Assembly: GCA_022703585.1 (NCBI GenBank)
Contig: JAKLDJ010000004.1
Coordinates: forward strand, 2,814-66,813
DNA: 64,000 nucleotides
Direction: 5' to 3'
Source of the DNA: Candidatus Omnitrophota bacterium
GTDB taxonomy: Bacteria > Omnitrophota > Gorgyraeia > Zapsychrales > JAKLDJ01
Position 1 is the first letter of the stretch, and each line of letters begins with the position of its first letter. The position numbers and the translations under genes are program-made. This document shows positions 1-12,642 of the stretch, one piece after another. Under the pieces are notes generated by a model, which saw nothing but the letters and a program-made list of their open reading frames with translations, was not told the DNA's origin and did no database searches.

Positions 1-3000
1 ATGGGCACCATGATCCAGGGATACAATCTTAGCGAAGCGGATTTTCGCGGGAAAAAATTTGCCAGCCATCCTTGCGATTTAAAAGGCAATAACGACCTTT
101 TGTCTTTAACCCAACCTCAAATCATCGAAGAAATCCACCGCAAATTCCTGGACGCCGGCGTCGATATTATCGAAACCAATACCTTTAATTCAAACGCGAT
201 TTCGATGGCGGATTACAAGATGGAAGGGGCGATTTTTGCCCTCAATCTTGCCTCGGCAAAAATCGCCCGCCAGATAGCCGATGAATTCACCAAGAAAACA
301 CCCCAAAAACCGCGTTTTGTCGCCGGAGCTATTGGCCCCACTAACCGCACCGCCTCGATGTCGCCGGATGTGAATAATCCATCGTTTAGGGCTATCACAT
401 TTGATCAGCTGGTCGAGGCCTACGCCGAACAGGTGCGCGGTTTAGTTGACGGAGGGGCGGATATTCTTTTAATCGAAACGGTTTTTGATACCTTAAACTG
501 CAAGGCCGCAATTTGTGCCGTCCAGGATTGTTTTGAAAAAACCGGCAAGGTTCTGCCTCTGATGATTTCCGGGACAATCACTGATCAAAGCGGGCGCACG
601 CTCTCCGGGCAAACGCCGGAGGCCTTCTGGATTTCAATTGCCCACGCCAATCCTTTAAGCGTGGGGCTCAATTGTGCCTTGGGCGCGCCACAAATGAAAC
701 CCTACATCGAAATGCTTTCGCGCAGCGTGCCTTGTCACATCAGTTGTTACCCTAATGCGGGATTGCCCAATGCCTTCGGCCAGTACGACCACACCCCCGA
801 ATTCATGGCATCGGTTTTAAAAGATTTTGCCAAAGAAGGATTTTTAAATATTGTGGGCGGCTGCTGCGGCACCACGCCGGAGCATTTAAAGAAGATCGTG
901 GAGGCGATGGAGGGAATGCCGCCGCGCACAATTCCTGACGCTGCGTCGTATCCGCAGTTTAGCGGCCTGGAACCGTTTGTCATCCGACCGGAAACAAATT
1001 TTGTGAATATCGGCGAGCGCACCAACGTTACCGGATCATCCCAATTTGCCAAATTGATTTTAAATAACGATTATGAAGGGGCATTAAAAGTCGCGCGCCA
1101 GCAGGTCGAAGATGGGGCACAGATGATCGACATCAACATGGATGAGGCTATGCTCGATTCCGAAAAGGCGATGACGACATTTTTACATCTGATTGCCGCC
1201 GAACCGGATATCGCCCGGGTGCCAATCATGATCGATTCCTCCAAATGGTCAGTGATTGAAGCAGGCCTCAAGTGCATTCAGGGGAAGGGAATCGTCAATT
1301 CCATAAGCCTCAAAGACGGCGAAGAAGCTTTTAAAGAACGCGCCCGCAAGGTTAAACGTTTTGGCGCCGCGGCCATTGTCATGGCCTTTGACGAAAAAGG
1401 CCAGGCGGATACGGTCCAGAGAAAAGTAGAGATCGCTACCCGCGCCTACAATATTTTGACAAACGACGTCGGATTTGCGCCGCAGGATATTATTTTTGAT
1501 ATCAACATTCTGGCAATCGCCACCGGAATGGAGGAGCATAATAATTATGCCGTCAATTTTATCGAGGCGACAAAGATCATTAAAAAGAATTTCCCCGGCA
1601 CTCTGGTAAGCGGCGGAATAAGCAATTTATCGTTTTCATTCCGCGGCAACAATACCGTGCGCGAGGCCATGCACGCGGCGTTTTTGTACCATGCCATCAA
1701 GGCGGGTTTGGATATGGGCATTGTGAATGCCGGTAAATTAATTGTCTACGAACAAATCCCCAAAGATTTATTGCAGTTAGTCGAAGATGTGGTCTTAAAC
1801 CGGAACCCCGAAGCTACACAACGCTTAATTGATTTTGCCGAGAAAACAAAAGGCAAGGATACCATTACGGCGGCAAAAGAAAAACAGTGGCGTCAAATGC
1901 CGGTCGAGGAACGCCTTTCTTACGCTTTGGTTAACGGCATTACCGATTATATTGACGTCGACGTCGAGGAGACCCGGAAAAAATTTACCCAACCGCTTCA
2001 AGTCATCGAAGGGCCGTTGATGAAGGGAATGAATACTGTGGGTGATCTATTCGGCAGCGGAAAAATGTTTTTGCCTCAAGTGGTCAAAGCCGCCCGAGTG
2101 ATGAAAAAAGCCGTGGCGTACTTAAAACCTTTTATTGAAGCCCAGAAAGGCGCCGGTGGCGTTCACAAGACCGCGGGAAAAATCCTTTTGGCAACGGTCA
2201 AGGGTGACGTGCACGATATCGGAAAAAGCATCGTCGGTGTGGTCCTAGCCTGCAATAACTACGAGATTATTGATCTTGGGGTTATGACCCCCTGCGCTAA
2301 AATTCTGGAAACGGCAAAAAAAGAAAAAGTCGACATGATCGGTTTAAGCGGATTAATTACCCCGTCGTTGGAAGAGATGGTTTACGTGGCGCGAGAGCTG
2401 GAACGAAACGGCTTTAGCCAGCCGCTTTTGGTCGGAGGCGCCACTACGTCGCGCATTCACACCGCGGTTAAGATCGCGCCCGAATACAGCCAACCGGTTA
2501 TCCATGTTCCCGACGCTTCAAAATGTGTTAGCATCGCCGGAAACCTTGCCAATCCGTCTCTAAAAGAGAAGTTTTCCGCTAACATCAAAAGTGAATACAC
2601 CAAGCTGCGTCAAGAGCACGAAAAAACTCAAGAATCTTCCCTGCTGACGATTTTAGAGGCCCGTAACCGCAAACCAAAAATCGATTGGGCAAATTATGCA
2701 CCTACAAAGCCGTCATTTTTGGGAACCAGGATTCTTAAAGATGTTGCTCTCGATGAAATCAGCCGCTACATCGACTGGACGCCTTTTTTCATTGCTTGGG
2801 AACTCAAAGGACATTATCCGCAGATCTTTGATGACCCCAAGGTAGGAGAGGAAGCGAAAAAACTTTTTTCCGATGCCCAGAATCTCCTTAGTAGAATCAT
2901 TCAGGAAAAGCTCCTAACCGCCCGCGCCGTTATCGGCCTGTACCCCGCCAACGCCGTCGGCGATGATATCGAACTGTACGCGGATGATAAACGAAAAAAA

Positions 3001-3636
3001 GTTTTAACCGTATTGCACACCCTGCGCCAGCAGTTTGATAAATCCGGCCCCATCAGTAATTTGGCCCTGGCGGATTTTGTGGCTCCTAAAGAAACCAGCA
3101 TTAAAGATTACGTAGGCGGATTTGCGGTTACCGCAGGGTTAGACATCGAAAAAGCCTTAAAGAAATTTACAAAGGCGAATGATGATTACAGCGCGATCCT
3201 GCTGAAGGCCCTGGCTGACCGCCTGGCCGAGGCCCTGGCTGAACGCATGCACGAACTGGTTCGCAAGGAATTCTGGGGATACGCAAAGAATGAAGATTTT
3301 AGGATAGAATCTTTAATTCACGAAAAATATCAAGGCATCCGTCCCGCAGCCGGCTACCCAGCTTGCCCAGACCATACCGAAAAACGCATTCTCTTTGACC
3401 TTTTGAAAGCTGAGAAAACAACTTCTATTACGCTAACCGAGAATTTTGCTATGCATCCGGCGGCATCAGTCAGCGGACTTTATTTCGCGCATCCGATGAG
3501 CCGCTATTTTGGCGTGGGCAAGATCGGTAAAGACCAGGTGATTGATTACGCCAAGCGTAAAAAAATGCGTGTCGAGGTTGTGGAAAAATGGCTGGCGCCG
3601 TATCTGGGGTATTTCCATACGATTAAGACCGGTTAA
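1..3636 (+). CDS. metH: Cobalamin-dependent methionine synthase, 5'-truncated by the window edge (pterin-binding, B12-binding and AdoMet-activation domains present)
   Basis: 1211-aa ORF open at nt 1; B12-binding DxHDIGK motif ([11 protein letters not shown]); long C-terminal reactivation domain; the N-terminal Hcy-binding part is incomplete. Confidence 0.9.
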   Translation: MGTMIQGYNLSEADFRGKKFASHPCDLKGNNDLLSLTQPQIIEEIHRKFLDAGVDIIETNTFNSNAISMADYKMEGAIFALNLASAKIARQIADEFTKKTPQKPRFVAGAIGPTNRTASMSPDVNNPSFRAITFDQLVEAYAEQVRGLVDGGADILLIETVFDTLNCKAAICAVQDCFEKTGKVLPLMISGTITDQSGRTLSGQTPEAFWISIAHANPLSVGLNCALGAPQMKPYIEMLSRSVPCHISCYPNAGLPNAFGQYDHTPEFMASVLKDFAKEGFLNIVGGCCGTTPEHLKKIVEAMEGMPPRTIPDAASYPQFSGLEPFVIRPETNFVNIGERTNVTGSSQFAKLILNNDYEGALKVARQQVEDGAQMIDINMDEAMLDSEKAMTTFLHLIAAEPDIARVPIMIDSSKWSVIEAGLKCIQGKGIVNSISLKDGEEAFKERARKVKRFGAAAIVMAFDEKGQADTVQRKVEIATRAYNILTNDVGFAPQDIIFDINILAIATGMEEHNNYAVNFIEATKIIKKNFPGTLVSGGISNLSFSFRGNNTVREAMHAAFLYHAIKAGLDMGIVNAGKLIVYEQIPKDLLQLVEDVVLNRNPEATQRLIDFAEKTKGKDTITAAKEKQWRQMPVEERLSYALVNGITDYIDVDVEETRKKFTQPLQVIEGPLMKGMNTVGDLFGSGKMFLPQVVKAARVMKKAVAYLKPFIEAQKGAGGVHKTAGKILLATVKGDVHDIGKSIVGVVLACNNYEIIDLGVMTPCAKILETAKKEKVDMIGLSGLITPSLEEMVYVARELERNGFSQPLLVGGATTSRIHTAVKIAPEYSQPVIHVPDASKCVSIAGNLANPSLKEKFSANIKSEYTKLRQEHEKTQESSLLTILEARNRKPKIDWANYAPTKPSFLGTRILKDVALDEISRYIDWTPFFIAWELKGHYPQIFDDPKVGEEAKKLFSDAQNLLSRIIQEKLLTARAVIGLYPANAVGDDIELYADDKRKKVLTVLHTLRQQFDKSGPISNLALADFVAPKETSIKDYVGGFAVTAGLDIEKALKKFTKANDDYSAILLKALADRLAEALAERMHELVRKEFWGYAKNEDFRIESLIHEKYQGIRPAAGYPACPDHTEKRILFDLLKAEKTTSITLTENFAMHPAASVSGLYFAHPMSRYFGVGKIGKDQVIDYAKRKKMRVEVVEKWLAPYLGYFHTIKTG

Positions 3637-3671
3637 ATCTGACGCCCGGGCGCAATCCAAAGGCCCCTAAT

Positions 3672-3700
3672 TTGACATCCCCCGTCGGCTGTGATATGAT
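3672..3700 (+). promoter_or_regulatory. Sigma70-like promoter candidate (TTGACA-17-TATGAT) upstream of metX
   Basis: TTGACA 3672-3677, TATGAT 3695-3700, in the 117-nt metH-metX spacer. Confidence 0.5.
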
Positions 3701-3753
3701 TTTACCTATTCGTTGAATTATTAGCTAGCAGGTACTTTAAGAAAGACCTCAAA

Positions 3754-4905
3754 ATGAAAAAAGATATTATTCAAAAAGAAGGCCTGGGAACAGTTGAGAC
3801 GAAATATGCTACTTTCGCCGAACCACCCCATGAGATGGTTTTAGAAAGCGGAGCCAAGCTGGGCCCGATTACATTGGCCTATGAGACCTACGGCGAACTC
3901 AATAAAGATAAGAGCAATGTGGTTTTAATTGTTCATGCCTTATCCGGAGACGCTCATGCGGCCGGCTGGCATGACGGCGACAAGCACCCCGGCTGGTGGG
4001 ACAATATGATCGGTCCGGGTAAAGCCTTTGATACCGAAAAATATTTTATTATTTGCTCCAATGTCATCGGTGGATGCAAGGGAAGTACCGGTCCAGCATC
4101 TATTAATCCCAAAACCGGCAAGCCCTACGGCCTAAGTTTTCCGCTGATCACAATCAGGGACATGGTCCAGGCGCAAAAACTTCTTCTCGATCAGATGGGA
4201 ATAAAGAAAATTCTTGCGGTTGCCGGCGGTTCGATGGGAGGCCAGCAGGTACTCAAATGGGCCATTGATTATCCGGAAATGGTGCGTTCCGCCATTCCCA
4301 TTGCCACCACGACCCGGCATACCGCCCAGCAGATTGCCCTTAATGAAGTCGGCCGCCAGGCAATCATGGCCGATCCCGATTGGCAGGGAGGCGATTATTA
4401 CGGAAAAACTATTCCCGCGCGCGGGCTCGCCTTGGCGCGGATGATTGGACACATTACCTACATGAGCGATAAATCCATGGCGGAAAAGTTCGGCCGCAAA
4501 TTGATTTCCAAAGAAAAGGGCGGTTTTGATTTTTCTCAGGATTTTGAAGTTGAGAATTATCTCAAATACCGCGGTGACAGCTTTGTGCAACGGTTTGATG
4601 CCAATTCCTATTTGTATATTACCAAGGCCCTGGACTATTTTGACCTGGCCGAAGACGGAAAATTAACCGACGCCTTGCGCAAGGCCAAGGCAAAATTCCT
4701 GATCATTGCCTTTACCTCGGATTGGCTGTACCCGACGTATCAATCCAAAGAGATCGTTAAGGCTCTTAAGGCGAACGATATTGATGTTTCTTTTTGCGAG
4801 GTAAGCTCGGATTACGGCCACGATGCGTTTTTGGTAGAAGTCGAAGGGCAGTCTCGTTTAATCAAACACTTTTTAGCACGCGTACAAAAAGAAATAAAAG
4901 CCTAG
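3754..4905 (+). CDS. metX: Homoserine O-acetyltransferase
   Basis: 383 aa; alpha/beta-hydrolase with GGSMGG nucleophile elbow; typical MetX length; followed by metW. Confidence 0.85.
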   Translation: MKKDIIQKEGLGTVETKYATFAEPPHEMVLESGAKLGPITLAYETYGELNKDKSNVVLIVHALSGDAHAAGWHDGDKHPGWWDNMIGPGKAFDTEKYFIICSNVIGGCKGSTGPASINPKTGKPYGLSFPLITIRDMVQAQKLLLDQMGIKKILAVAGGSMGGQQVLKWAIDYPEMVRSAIPIATTTRHTAQQIALNEVGRQAIMADPDWQGGDYYGKTIPARGLALARMIGHITYMSDKSMAEKFGRKLISKEKGGFDFSQDFEVENYLKYRGDSFVQRFDANSYLYITKALDYFDLAEDGKLTDALRKAKAKFLIIAFTSDWLYPTYQSKEIVKALKANDIDVSFCEVSSDYGHDAFLVEVEGQSRLIKHFLARVQKEIKA

Positions 4906-4913
4906 GTGTATCA

Positions 4914-5519
4914 ATGGACAACTCCCAAAAAATAACAAACCGCGTTGATCACGCAGTCATTTTAGGTTTAATCGAATCACAATCCAAGGTCCTTGACCTA
5001 GGCTGCGGCGACGGGGAACTGTTACATCTTCTCTCCCGGCAAAAATCGGTGCGCGGAACCGGCATTGAGATCGACGAGAATGCCATCTATAAGTGTATCG
5101 AAAAGGGCTTAAGTGTCGCCCACGGCGATATCGATTCGGGGTTAATGGATTATTCCGACAAGCGTTTCGACTATGTTATTTTAAACGAAAGTTTGCAGCA
5201 GGTCTTGCATCCCGAAAAAGTTATTTTAGAATCCCTTCGGGTCGGCAAAAAGGTTATTGTCGGCATACCGAATTTCTGCCAAATAGGCGCACGGTTTCAG
5301 CTTTTCTTCCAGGGACGGGTGCCGGTTACAAAAGAATTGCCGTACCAGTGGTATGACACGCCCAACCTGCGTTTTTTAAGTATTAAGGATTTTGCAAATT
5401 TCTGCAAAGTTAAAAACATCACCATTGAGAAAGAAGTCGGCATTGACGACCGCGGAGTGGTGGGTATTCTACCGAATTTATTTGCGAACCTCGGCATATT
5501 CTTGTTGAGTAGAAATTAA
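4914..5519 (+). CDS. metW: Methionine biosynthesis protein MetW (methyltransferase-like)
   Basis: Internal ATG at 4914 directly after the metX stop; LDLGCGDGELL SAM-MTase-like motif; about 200 aa as expected for MetW; the ORF-track start at 4794 overlaps metX and is likely spurious. Confidence 0.75.
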   Translation: MDNSQKITNRVDHAVILGLIESQSKVLDLGCGDGELLHLLSRQKSVRGTGIEIDENAIYKCIEKGLSVAHGDIDSGLMDYSDKRFDYVILNESLQQVLHPEKVILESLRVGKKVIVGIPNFCQIGARFQLFFQGRVPVTKELPYQWYDTPNLRFLSIKDFANFCKVKNITIEKEVGIDDRGVVGILPNLFANLGIFLLSRN

Positions 5520-5536
5520 TTATACAAAGGAGAATT

Positions 5537-5719
5537 TTGATGCCCTACATTAACTTAAAAGTCGTCGGCAAGCTCACCAAGGAGCAGAAGAAAGAGATTG
5601 CCAAACAGTTCTCAGACACCCTGCTTAAAGTTGCCAGTAAGCCCAAAGAATACACCTATCTTGTGATTGATGAAATTCCGGGTGAAAACTGGGCCGTGGG
5701 CGAGAAATTCTTCGGCTAA
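5537..5719 (+). CDS. 4-oxalocrotonate tautomerase family protein
   Basis: 60 aa, starts MP (catalytic Pro1 after Met removal), KLTKEQKKEIAKQFSDTLLKV resembles the 4-OT family; RBS aaaggaga upstream. Confidence 0.6.
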   Translation: MMPYINLKVVGKLTKEQKKEIAKQFSDTLLKVASKPKEYTYLVIDEIPGENWAVGEKFFG

Positions 5720-5757
5720 TCCCTTTTTAGAAACTTGATTCCTGCCAAGTATCAACC

Positions 5758-6297
5758 ATGCCACAAGCCAATCGCATACAAATCGGCATCTTAACTGTCT
5801 CTGACCGGGCAAGCAAAGGTAGTTACCAAGATATTTCCGGGAAAGAGATCATCAGCCTTTTGAAGAAATACCTGGCGGTTGACTGGCTGCCGGTTTACAA
5901 AATTATCCCTGACAATCTCGGCCAAATTAAAAGCACCCTAAAAAGAATGGCAGATAAAGAAAAATGCTGCCTTATTATTACAACCGGAGGGACGGGGCCG
6001 GCACTGCGTGACATCACCCCGGAGGTAACGGCTCAAGTCTGCAGCAAGATACTGCCCGGTTTCGGCGAGGCCATGCGCATTGTTTCGTTAAAATCTGTTC
6101 CTACCGCGATCCTTTCGCGACAAACTGCAGGAATCCGCAATCAGACTCTCATCATCAACTTGCCCGGAAATCCAAAAGCCATTAAACAATGTCTTACGGC
6201 TGTTCTACCGGCTGTGCCTGATTGCATCGATCTAATCGGAGGGCCGTATCTAAAGTACAGATCTGGCACCTTAAGGACTCTACATCTTCACCGCTAA
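5758..6297 (+). CDS. mog: Molybdopterin adenylyltransferase / molybdenum cofactor biosynthesis protein (MogA/MoaB family)
   Basis: 179 aa; IGILTVSDRAS and ITTGGTGPALRDITPE motifs typical of MogA/MoaB. Confidence 0.8.
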   Translation: MPQANRIQIGILTVSDRASKGSYQDISGKEIISLLKKYLAVDWLPVYKIIPDNLGQIKSTLKRMADKEKCCLIITTGGTGPALRDITPEVTAQVCSKILPGFGEAMRIVSLKSVPTAILSRQTAGIRNQTLIINLPGNPKAIKQCLTAVLPAVPDCIDLIGGPYLKYRSGTLRTLHLHR

Positions 6298-6362
6298 ATC
6301 CGCACGGAAATTTCACCCCCCAAGACGAAATAGGTTAAATACGGCATTTTTTAAAGTATTTA

Positions 6363-6390
6363 TTGACATTATCCGGTATTGTATTACAAT
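6363..6390 (+). promoter_or_regulatory. Sigma70-like promoter candidate (TTGACA-16-TACAAT) upstream of nfu
   Basis: TTGACA at 6363-6368 and TACAAT at 6385-6390 in the 141-nt gap before the nfu start. Confidence 0.4.
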
Positions 6391-6438
6391 TTAGTTAGGT
6401 AACACTCCTCGATAAAACGTGCTTTTAAGGAGAACCGT

Positions 6439-6987
6439 ATGGAAAACCGGATTCAGATACAGGCAACACCAAACCCAAATGCGCTTAAATTTATCTTAGA
6501 TGTCCCTGTCAAGAACCAGGGAAAGGCGATCTTTAAGAGTGCTGAAGATTGCCATCATTGCCCATTGGCGCGGCATTTATTTACGGTGCCCCATGTAACG
6601 GAATTATATTTCTTTGGAAACTTTATTACGGTAACCCAGGACGGCCATGAAGACTGGGAAATCCTAGAAGAAAAGATTAAAAAGGCAATTTTGGAAAAAA
6701 TAGCCGAACACGATGCTAATTTTGACATCGGGAAGCAGGAAGAAAAAATTCCGCCCGCGACAGAGAAACTCAGCCAGGTCGAGTCAATTCTCGATCAAAC
6801 CATCCGTCCGGCACTTCAAGGAGACGGAGGAGACGTCCAAGTCGTCAGTTTTGAAAATAATGTTCTTACAGTCCATTATCAGGGTGCCTGTGGCTCATGC
6901 CCGAGCGCTACTATGGGAACGCTCAAGGCCATTGAGGCGATATTAAAAGAGGAATACGATCCCAATATTGTGGTTCAGGCTCTTTAA
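6439..6987 (+). CDS. nfu: Fe-S cluster scaffold/carrier, Nfu/NifU-C type (Nfu_N plus NifU C-terminal CxxC domain)
   Basis: C-terminal TIRPALQGDGGDVQVVSF...GACGSCPSATMGTL is the NifU-C signature. Confidence 0.8.
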   Translation: MENRIQIQATPNPNALKFILDVPVKNQGKAIFKSAEDCHHCPLARHLFTVPHVTELYFFGNFITVTQDGHEDWEILEEKIKKAILEKIAEHDANFDIGKQEEKIPPATEKLSQVESILDQTIRPALQGDGGDVQVVSFENNVLTVHYQGACGSCPSATMGTLKAIEAILKEEYDPNIVVQAL

Positions 6988-7008
6988 GGGGGCTTTACGG
7001 GTGATGTC

Positions 7009-7383
7009 ATGGAAAAGAATAGATTAACTGATTATCGATGCCGTCCATGCGAAGGCACGGAAAGGCCGTTAGGCAGTTCAAAGATCCAAGAGCATCTTGG
7101 GCAAGTTCCGGGCTGGAGCCTCGCAGAAAATGCGCAAGAGATCTACCGAGAGTACACCATGAAGGACTTTATGGCTGCGGTCAAGTTTATCGGCTGTATT
7201 GCTGAAATAGCTGAGAGCGAAAATCACCATCCCGATATCCATCTAACCGGATATCGAAAACTCAAGGTTGTGCTTAGCACGCATGCCATTAACGGGTTGT
7301 CCCAAAACGATTTTATCCTGGCGGCTAAGATTAACGAGCTTCCGGTTGAATTAAAAATCGACAAGCCGGTGGCGGGCTCGTAA
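7009..7383 (+). CDS. phhB: Pterin-4-alpha-carbinolamine dehydratase (PCD/DCoH)
   Basis: 124 aa; AEIAESENHHPDIHL motif (the HHPD core of the PCD family). Confidence 0.75.
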   Translation: MEKNRLTDYRCRPCEGTERPLGSSKIQEHLGQVPGWSLAENAQEIYREYTMKDFMAAVKFIGCIAEIAESENHHPDIHLTGYRKLKVVLSTHAINGLSQNDFILAAKINELPVELKIDKPVAGS

Positions 7384-7400
7384 AAAAAGAAAGGTCGTCT

Positions 7401-7847
7401 ATGTTCAAGGTCAACAAAAAGGTCGAATACGCCCTGATCGCTCTTAAGCATATGAGCAGCGCCTATCCGGGAAAACTTATATCGGCAAAAGATATTTGCG
7501 ATACCTATAAAACACCGTTTGATACTACCTCGCGTGTTTTGCAAATTATGGCACAACGGGGAATACTAAAAGCTGAACTTGGCGCTTATGGAGGGTACCA
7601 AATCCAAAAGGATCTCTCCCGGATAACATTTTTGGAACTCACCGAAATGATCTTAGGGCCGGTCGAAATTGCCAATTGCATTCATGACGGTCGCAGCCCC
7701 TGCGACCTGGCGTCGGGCTGCAACGTGATTGCCCCCATGCTGATTTTAAACTCGAAGATGGTTGAACTCTTTAAAACGATCACCGTCAGGGATTTAATTG
7801 ACTCAAAACATCACGCAGCGAAAACGATTAAAGAAAAAATTGCCTAA
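7401..7847 (+). CDS. Rrf2-family transcriptional regulator (IscR/SufR-like) with a 3-Cys cluster-ligating motif
   Basis: N-terminal wHTH ([12 protein letters not shown]); [15 protein letters not shown] three-Cys motif; sits immediately upstream of sufBCDSU. Confidence 0.8.
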   Translation: MFKVNKKVEYALIALKHMSSAYPGKLISAKDICDTYKTPFDTTSRVLQIMAQRGILKAELGAYGGYQIQKDLSRITFLELTEMILGPVEIANCIHDGRSPCDLASGCNVIAPMLILNSKMVELFKTITVRDLIDSKHHAAKTIKEKIA

Positions 7848-7858
7848 GGCATTTAAAG

Positions 7859-9301
7859 ATGAAAAACACAGCCAACCATAACGACATAAAGACAGATTAC
7901 AAATACGGCTTTATCACGGATATCGACACCGATGTGATTCCCAAAGGATTAAATGAAGATGTCGTCGGCATGATATCCGAGAAAAAACATGAGCCTGCTT
8001 TTATGCGCGAATGGAGGCTTAAGGCTTACCGGCACTGGCTCACCATGAAAGAACCGCATTGGGGGAATTTTTATTACGCGCCGATCGATTATCAGGCCAT
8101 CAGTTATTATTCTGCCCCCAAGCGAAAAATGGATAGCCCTAAAAACATCGACGAGATTGACAAGGAACTTTTGGAAACATTTGACAGGCTCGGCATTCCT
8201 TTAACCGAACAAAAGCGCCTAACCGGGGTCGCGGTGGATGCCGTTTTTGACAGTGTTTCGGTGGGAACAACGCATAAGGAGATACTGGCCAAGGAAGGAA
8301 TTATTTTCTGCTCGATGTCCGAGGCAATCCAAAACCATCCCGATCTTATAAAGAAATATTTAGGATCCGTTGTGTCTTACACGGATAACTTTTTCGCGTC
8401 GCTTAATTCTGCCGTTTTCAGCGACGGTTCGTTCTGTTTTATCCCTAAGGGCGTCAAATGCCCCATTGAACTATCGACGTACTTTCGAATTAATGCTTCC
8501 GAAACCGGACAATTTGAGCGAACGCTTATTGTCGCCGAGGAAGACAGCTTTGTTAATTACCTGGAAGGATGTACCGCACCCATTCGCGACAGCAACCAAT
8601 TGCACGCTGCCGTGGTTGAGCTGGTGGCGCTTGATAACGCGGAAATCAAGTATTCCACCGTCCAAAACTGGTACGCCGGCGACAAGGATGGCAAGGGAGG
8701 AATTTATAATTTCGTTACCAAGCGCGGCAAATGTTCAGGTAATAATTCTAAGATATCCTGGACCCAGGTAGAAGCGGGCGCCGCCATCACCTGGAAATAT
8801 CCCAGCGTCATTCTGCAGGGTGACAATTCGACGGGAAGATTTTATTCGGTGGCGTTGACCAATAACCGTATGCAGGCCGATACCGGGACAAAAATGATCC
8901 ATATCGGAAAAAATACAAAGAGCACGATTATTTCAAAAGGGATTTCAACCGATTACTCAAATAATAGTTACCGTGGAATGGTCATGATTCTGCCTTCGGC
9001 GAACGGCGCGCGCAATTTTTCCCAGTGCGATTCCATGCTGGTGGGAAACAACTGCAGCGCCAACACATTCCCGAATATCGATGTGCGCAATAATACCGCC
9101 ATTCTCGAGCATGAAGCGTCGACGTCAAAGATCAGCGCCGACCAGATCTTTTACCTGAAATCTAGGGGGCTGGACAGCGAGGGGTCGGTTTCCCTGATCA
9201 TCAATGGTTTTTGTAAAGAAGTCTTTAAGGAACTTCCTCTGGAATTCTCGGTGGAGGCGGTCAGATTATTGGAGTTGAAGCTTGAGGGAAGCGTTGGTTA
9301 A
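7859..9301 (+). CDS. sufB: Fe-S cluster assembly protein SufB
   Basis: 480 aa; conserved SufB C-terminal beta-helix region; followed by sufC and sufD. Confidence 0.9.
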   Translation: MKNTANHNDIKTDYKYGFITDIDTDVIPKGLNEDVVGMISEKKHEPAFMREWRLKAYRHWLTMKEPHWGNFYYAPIDYQAISYYSAPKRKMDSPKNIDEIDKELLETFDRLGIPLTEQKRLTGVAVDAVFDSVSVGTTHKEILAKEGIIFCSMSEAIQNHPDLIKKYLGSVVSYTDNFFASLNSAVFSDGSFCFIPKGVKCPIELSTYFRINASETGQFERTLIVAEEDSFVNYLEGCTAPIRDSNQLHAAVVELVALDNAEIKYSTVQNWYAGDKDGKGGIYNFVTKRGKCSGNNSKISWTQVEAGAAITWKYPSVILQGDNSTGRFYSVALTNNRMQADTGTKMIHIGKNTKSTIISKGISTDYSNNSYRGMVMILPSANGARNFSQCDSMLVGNNCSANTFPNIDVRNNTAILEHEASTSKISADQIFYLKSRGLDSEGSVSLIINGFCKEVFKELPLEFSVEAVRLLELKLEGSVG

Positions 9302-9323
9302 GATAAAATGAAAGGTAGCAAAC

Positions 9324-10073
9324 ATGCTAGAAATTAAAAATCTCTACGCCGGCATTAATGGCGTATCCATTTTAAAAGGGGTTGATCTAACGGTTAACCC
9401 GGGAGAGGTCCACGCCATTATGGGCCCTAACGGTTCGGGCAAAAGCACTCTGGCAAAGGTCATCGCCGGCCACCCGGATTACAAGGTCGAACAAGGGACC
9501 ATGGAGTACGAGGTCAATTTAAAGAAACTGGATCTAGCCGCCATGGAGCCGGAAATACGGGCCCGGGAAGGGATTTTTCTGGCATTTCAGTATCCGGTCG
9601 AGATACCGGGCGTAAATAATTCCGTTTTCTTACGGGCGGCTTTTAACGAAATATGCCGGCATCAAGGGGCGGAGGAAATGGACCCGATTGAGTTTGACCA
9701 ATACCTGCGGCAGAAAATGAAGCTGCTGGAAATGGACGAGAAATTTATCGATCGACCTGTTAATGTGGATTTTTCCGGAGGAGAAAAGAAACGTAATGAA
9801 ATTTTGCAGATGGCGATTCTGGCGCCTCGCTTGGCCCTATTGGATGAAACCGATTCCGGGCTGGACGTGGATTCGATGAAAATTGTCGCCAACGGCGTCA
9901 ATAAACTAAAAAGCAAAAACAACGCGATCGTTTTGATTACCCACTATCAACGTCTTTTAAATTATATCGTCCCGGATTTTGTTCATGTCTTAAGTGACGG
10001 AAAGATCATCAAATCCGGAGGAAAAGAGCTGGCCATAAAGGTTGAGACACAAGGATACGACTGGTTAATTTAA
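9324..10073 (+). CDS. sufC: Fe-S cluster assembly ATPase SufC
   Basis: Walker A GPNGSGKST, ABC signature SGGEKKR, Walker B LLDETDSGLD. Confidence 0.92.
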   Translation: MLEIKNLYAGINGVSILKGVDLTVNPGEVHAIMGPNGSGKSTLAKVIAGHPDYKVEQGTMEYEVNLKKLDLAAMEPEIRAREGIFLAFQYPVEIPGVNNSVFLRAAFNEICRHQGAEEMDPIEFDQYLRQKMKLLEMDEKFIDRPVNVDFSGGEKKRNEILQMAILAPRLALLDETDSGLDVDSMKIVANGVNKLKSKNNAIVLITHYQRLLNYIVPDFVHVLSDGKIIKSGGKELAIKVETQGYDWLI

Positions 10074-10090
10074 AAGAAAGAGCGGATAAA

Positions 10091-11416
10091 ATGATTTCAA
10101 CTGGCCTAAAACCACAGAAATTTATAGAACAGCTACGGATAAAACGTCCTCACAGTAAAGACGATTTGCCGCCGTGGCTTACTAATTTACACGAGGAAGG
10201 AGTCAAGCGGTTTAGCGATATCGGTTTTCCGGACCCTAAAAACGAGGAATGGAAATTTACCGATATTGCGCCGATAACAGAGAAATCATTTCATTTTCCG
10301 GATGAAAAAACAATCGCCGAATTGCGGAGTTTTAACGAATACGTTGACCGCAATGAACCGACGATTGTCTTTATAAACGGATTCTTTTCCGCCCGGTATT
10401 CGAGCCTAAACGGCTTGGAGCAGGGCTTGACCATAACGAACCTTGCCCAGGCAGTCAAGGATCAGCCCAAAATCATTCAATCGCTTCTTTTCCGTCACGA
10501 TTTGAAGCAAGAGAACAGTTTTTCGGCGCTCAACAGCGCATTCTTCAAAGACGGTGCTTTCATACAGATTAGCGATAATGCCGTTTGCAACCGCCTTATT
10601 CACATTATTCATATCGTAAGCCAACAAAACGATGATACGGTTATTTTTCCCCGAAATCTTATCATCCTGGGCCGTTCTGCCCAAGCCGAAATACTCGAAA
10701 GCTACGTCTCATTCTCAAAGATACGCTATTTTACGAATGCCGTAAGCGACGTATTTGTAAACGAAGGTGCAAAACTACATTATTATAAGGCGCAAGGAGA
10801 AAGCCTCAACGCGTTCCACCTTGCTGGTATGCGCATTGCCCAAGAGGCAAATAGCGAAGTGAATACATTCACGTTTTCAGCAGGAGCGCAGATTTCCCGG
10901 AATGATCTCTCCGTTACCCTTGACGGTGAAGGGGCCAAGGCCGTCTTAAACGGGTTGTATGCCGTCAGCGGCAATCAACTCGTGGATAACCATACCGCCA
11001 TTGACCACAAACCGCCGCGTTCATTGAGCACGCAACTTTACAAGGGAATACTCGACGGAAATTCCAGGGCAGTTTTTAACGGAAAGATCCTTGTCCGAAG
11101 AGAAGCCCAGCAGACAAATTCGTATCAACTGAACAAAAATATCCTTTTAAGCCCGAGCTGCCAAATTCACACAAAACCCCAGCTTGAGATCTTTGCCGAT
11201 GATGTTCGCTGCACCCACGGGGCCACCATCGGCCAACTCAATGATGATGAGATTTTTTATCTCCAGACACGAGGCATCCGTAAGGACTTTGCCACGCGTA
11301 TGCTTTTATGCGGTTTTATTGACGATGTTACCGGTAAAATCCCAAACGTGTCGGCCAGGACAAAGATCGATGAACTTTTAACTAAAATATTTCCGGCTTT
11401 AAAATGCAAAATATGA
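10091..11416 (+). CDS. sufD: Fe-S cluster assembly protein SufD
   Basis: 441 aa, SufB/SufD family C-terminal region; position between sufC and sufS. Confidence 0.85.
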   Translation: MISTGLKPQKFIEQLRIKRPHSKDDLPPWLTNLHEEGVKRFSDIGFPDPKNEEWKFTDIAPITEKSFHFPDEKTIAELRSFNEYVDRNEPTIVFINGFFSARYSSLNGLEQGLTITNLAQAVKDQPKIIQSLLFRHDLKQENSFSALNSAFFKDGAFIQISDNAVCNRLIHIIHIVSQQNDDTVIFPRNLIILGRSAQAEILESYVSFSKIRYFTNAVSDVFVNEGAKLHYYKAQGESLNAFHLAGMRIAQEANSEVNTFTFSAGAQISRNDLSVTLDGEGAKAVLNGLYAVSGNQLVDNHTAIDHKPPRSLSTQLYKGILDGNSRAVFNGKILVRREAQQTNSYQLNKNILLSPSCQIHTKPQLEIFADDVRCTHGATIGQLNDDEIFYLQTRGIRKDFATRMLLCGFIDDVTGKIPNVSARTKIDELLTKIFPALKCKI

Positions 11417-12642
11417 AGACGAGACCGTTTGACCTTAATGCTATTCGAAAAGATTTTCCCACACTTTCGGTTTCGGTGCGGGGCAAGCCCTTGGTTTACC
11501 TGGATAATGCCGCCACGACCCTAAAGCCCAAATCAGTTATTCGCGCACTCAATCGGTACTACAAGGACGAGTGCTCGAATGTCCACCGCGGTGTGCATTA
11601 TCTAAGCGAAAAGGCAACCGCCGAATACGAGAGGGCGCGGGAGAAAATAAGCCATTTTATTAATGCCCGGTTATCGTCAGAAATTATTTTTACCCGGGGC
11701 ACCACGGACGCCATCAATATCGTCGCTCAAAGTTACGGCCGGACATTTCTAAAAGCAGGGGATGAAATTCTTATCTCCCATATGGAACACCATTCAAATA
11801 TTGTCCCCTGGCAAATACTGTGCGAGGAAAAAGGGTGCGTACTAAAGGTTGCCCCCGTCAATGACGCGGGCGAATTAATACTCGATGAATTTAAGAAGCT
11901 GGTTAATCCCAAAACGAGATTTATTTCGATCGTTTATGTCTCCAACTCCTTGGGCACCATCAATCCGATTAAAGAAATTATCGATTTTGCCCATGCGCAC
12001 AAAATTCCGGTCCTAGTTGATGCCGCCCAGGCAGTCGGACACCGAGCGATTGATGTCAGGGGCCTTGATTGCGATTTTCTCGCCTTCTCGGGGCATAAAT
12101 TATTTGGCCCGACCGGTGTCGGTGTGCTCTACGGTAAAGAGGATCTTTTAAATGCCATGCCGCCCGCCCAGGGCGGAGGGGATATGATCGCAACTGTTAC
12201 TTTTGAAAAGACAACCTACAACGTTTTACCCTACAAGTTTGAAGCCGGCACGCCGCCCATTGCCGGAGTCATCGGTTTGGGGGCCGCGGTTGATTATGTC
12301 CGGTCGATCGGTTTTGAAAATATCGGAACACACGAAAAAGAATTGCTGGAATACGGAACTCGAGCGCTTAAAGCCATCCCCGGGCTTCGGCTTATCGGGA
12401 CGGCGCAGCACAAGGCCTCTATCCTGTCATTTGTTTTGGACAAAATCCATCCTCATGATTTAGGAACGCTGGTTGACGAACAGGGCGTTGCCATCCGCAC
12501 CGGGCATCATTGCACCATGCCCTTAATGGCGCGATTTAATGTCCCGGCAACTGCACGGGCATCACTGGCGTTTTACAACACGAAAAAGGAAATCGATTCC
12601 CTGGTCGCGGCCATCTATAAAGCCAAAAAGGTATTCACATGA
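11404..12642 (+). CDS. sufS: Cysteine desulfurase SufS (PLP, class-V aminotransferase fold)
   Basis: 412 aa; [19 protein letters not shown]-lysine region; catalytic [10 protein letters not shown]; an alternative start at 11413 gives an ATGA overlap with the sufD stop. Confidence 0.9.
   Translation: MQNMKTRPFDLNAIRKDFPTLSVSVRGKPLVYLDNAATTLKPKSVIRALNRYYKDECSNVHRGVHYLSEKATAEYERAREKISHFINARLSSEIIFTRGTTDAINIVAQSYGRTFLKAGDEILISHMEHHSNIVPWQILCEEKGCVLKVAPVNDAGELILDEFKKLVNPKTRFISIVYVSNSLGTINPIKEIIDFAHAHKIPVLVDAAQAVGHRAIDVRGLDCDFLAFSGHKLFGPTGVGVLYGKEDLLNAMPPAQGGGDMIATVTFEKTTYNVLPYKFEAGTPPIAGVIGLGAAVDYVRSIGFENIGTHEKELLEYGTRALKAIPGLRLIGTAQHKASILSFVLDKIHPHDLGTLVDEQGVAIRTGHHCTMPLMARFNVPATARASLAFYNTKKEIDSLVAAIYKAKKVFT

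Noticed and set aside
3639-3650. CGCCCGGGCG 10-bp palindrome right after the metH stop
   Set aside because: Too short, and with no loop, to act as a terminator hairpin; likely a chance or restriction-site-like palindrome
4132-4590. 152-aa minus-strand ORF and 76-aa plus-strand alternative-frame ORF inside metX
   Set aside because: Both are embedded in the metX coding sequence. Their Pro/Arg/Gly-rich translations are characteristic of off-frame reads of a real gene
4794-4913. N-terminal extension of MetW suggested by the ORF track (start 4794)
   Set aside because: It would overlap the last 112 nt of metX in another frame, with an Arg-rich unconserved extension. The ATG at 4914 gives a protein of canonical MetW length starting at the conserved region
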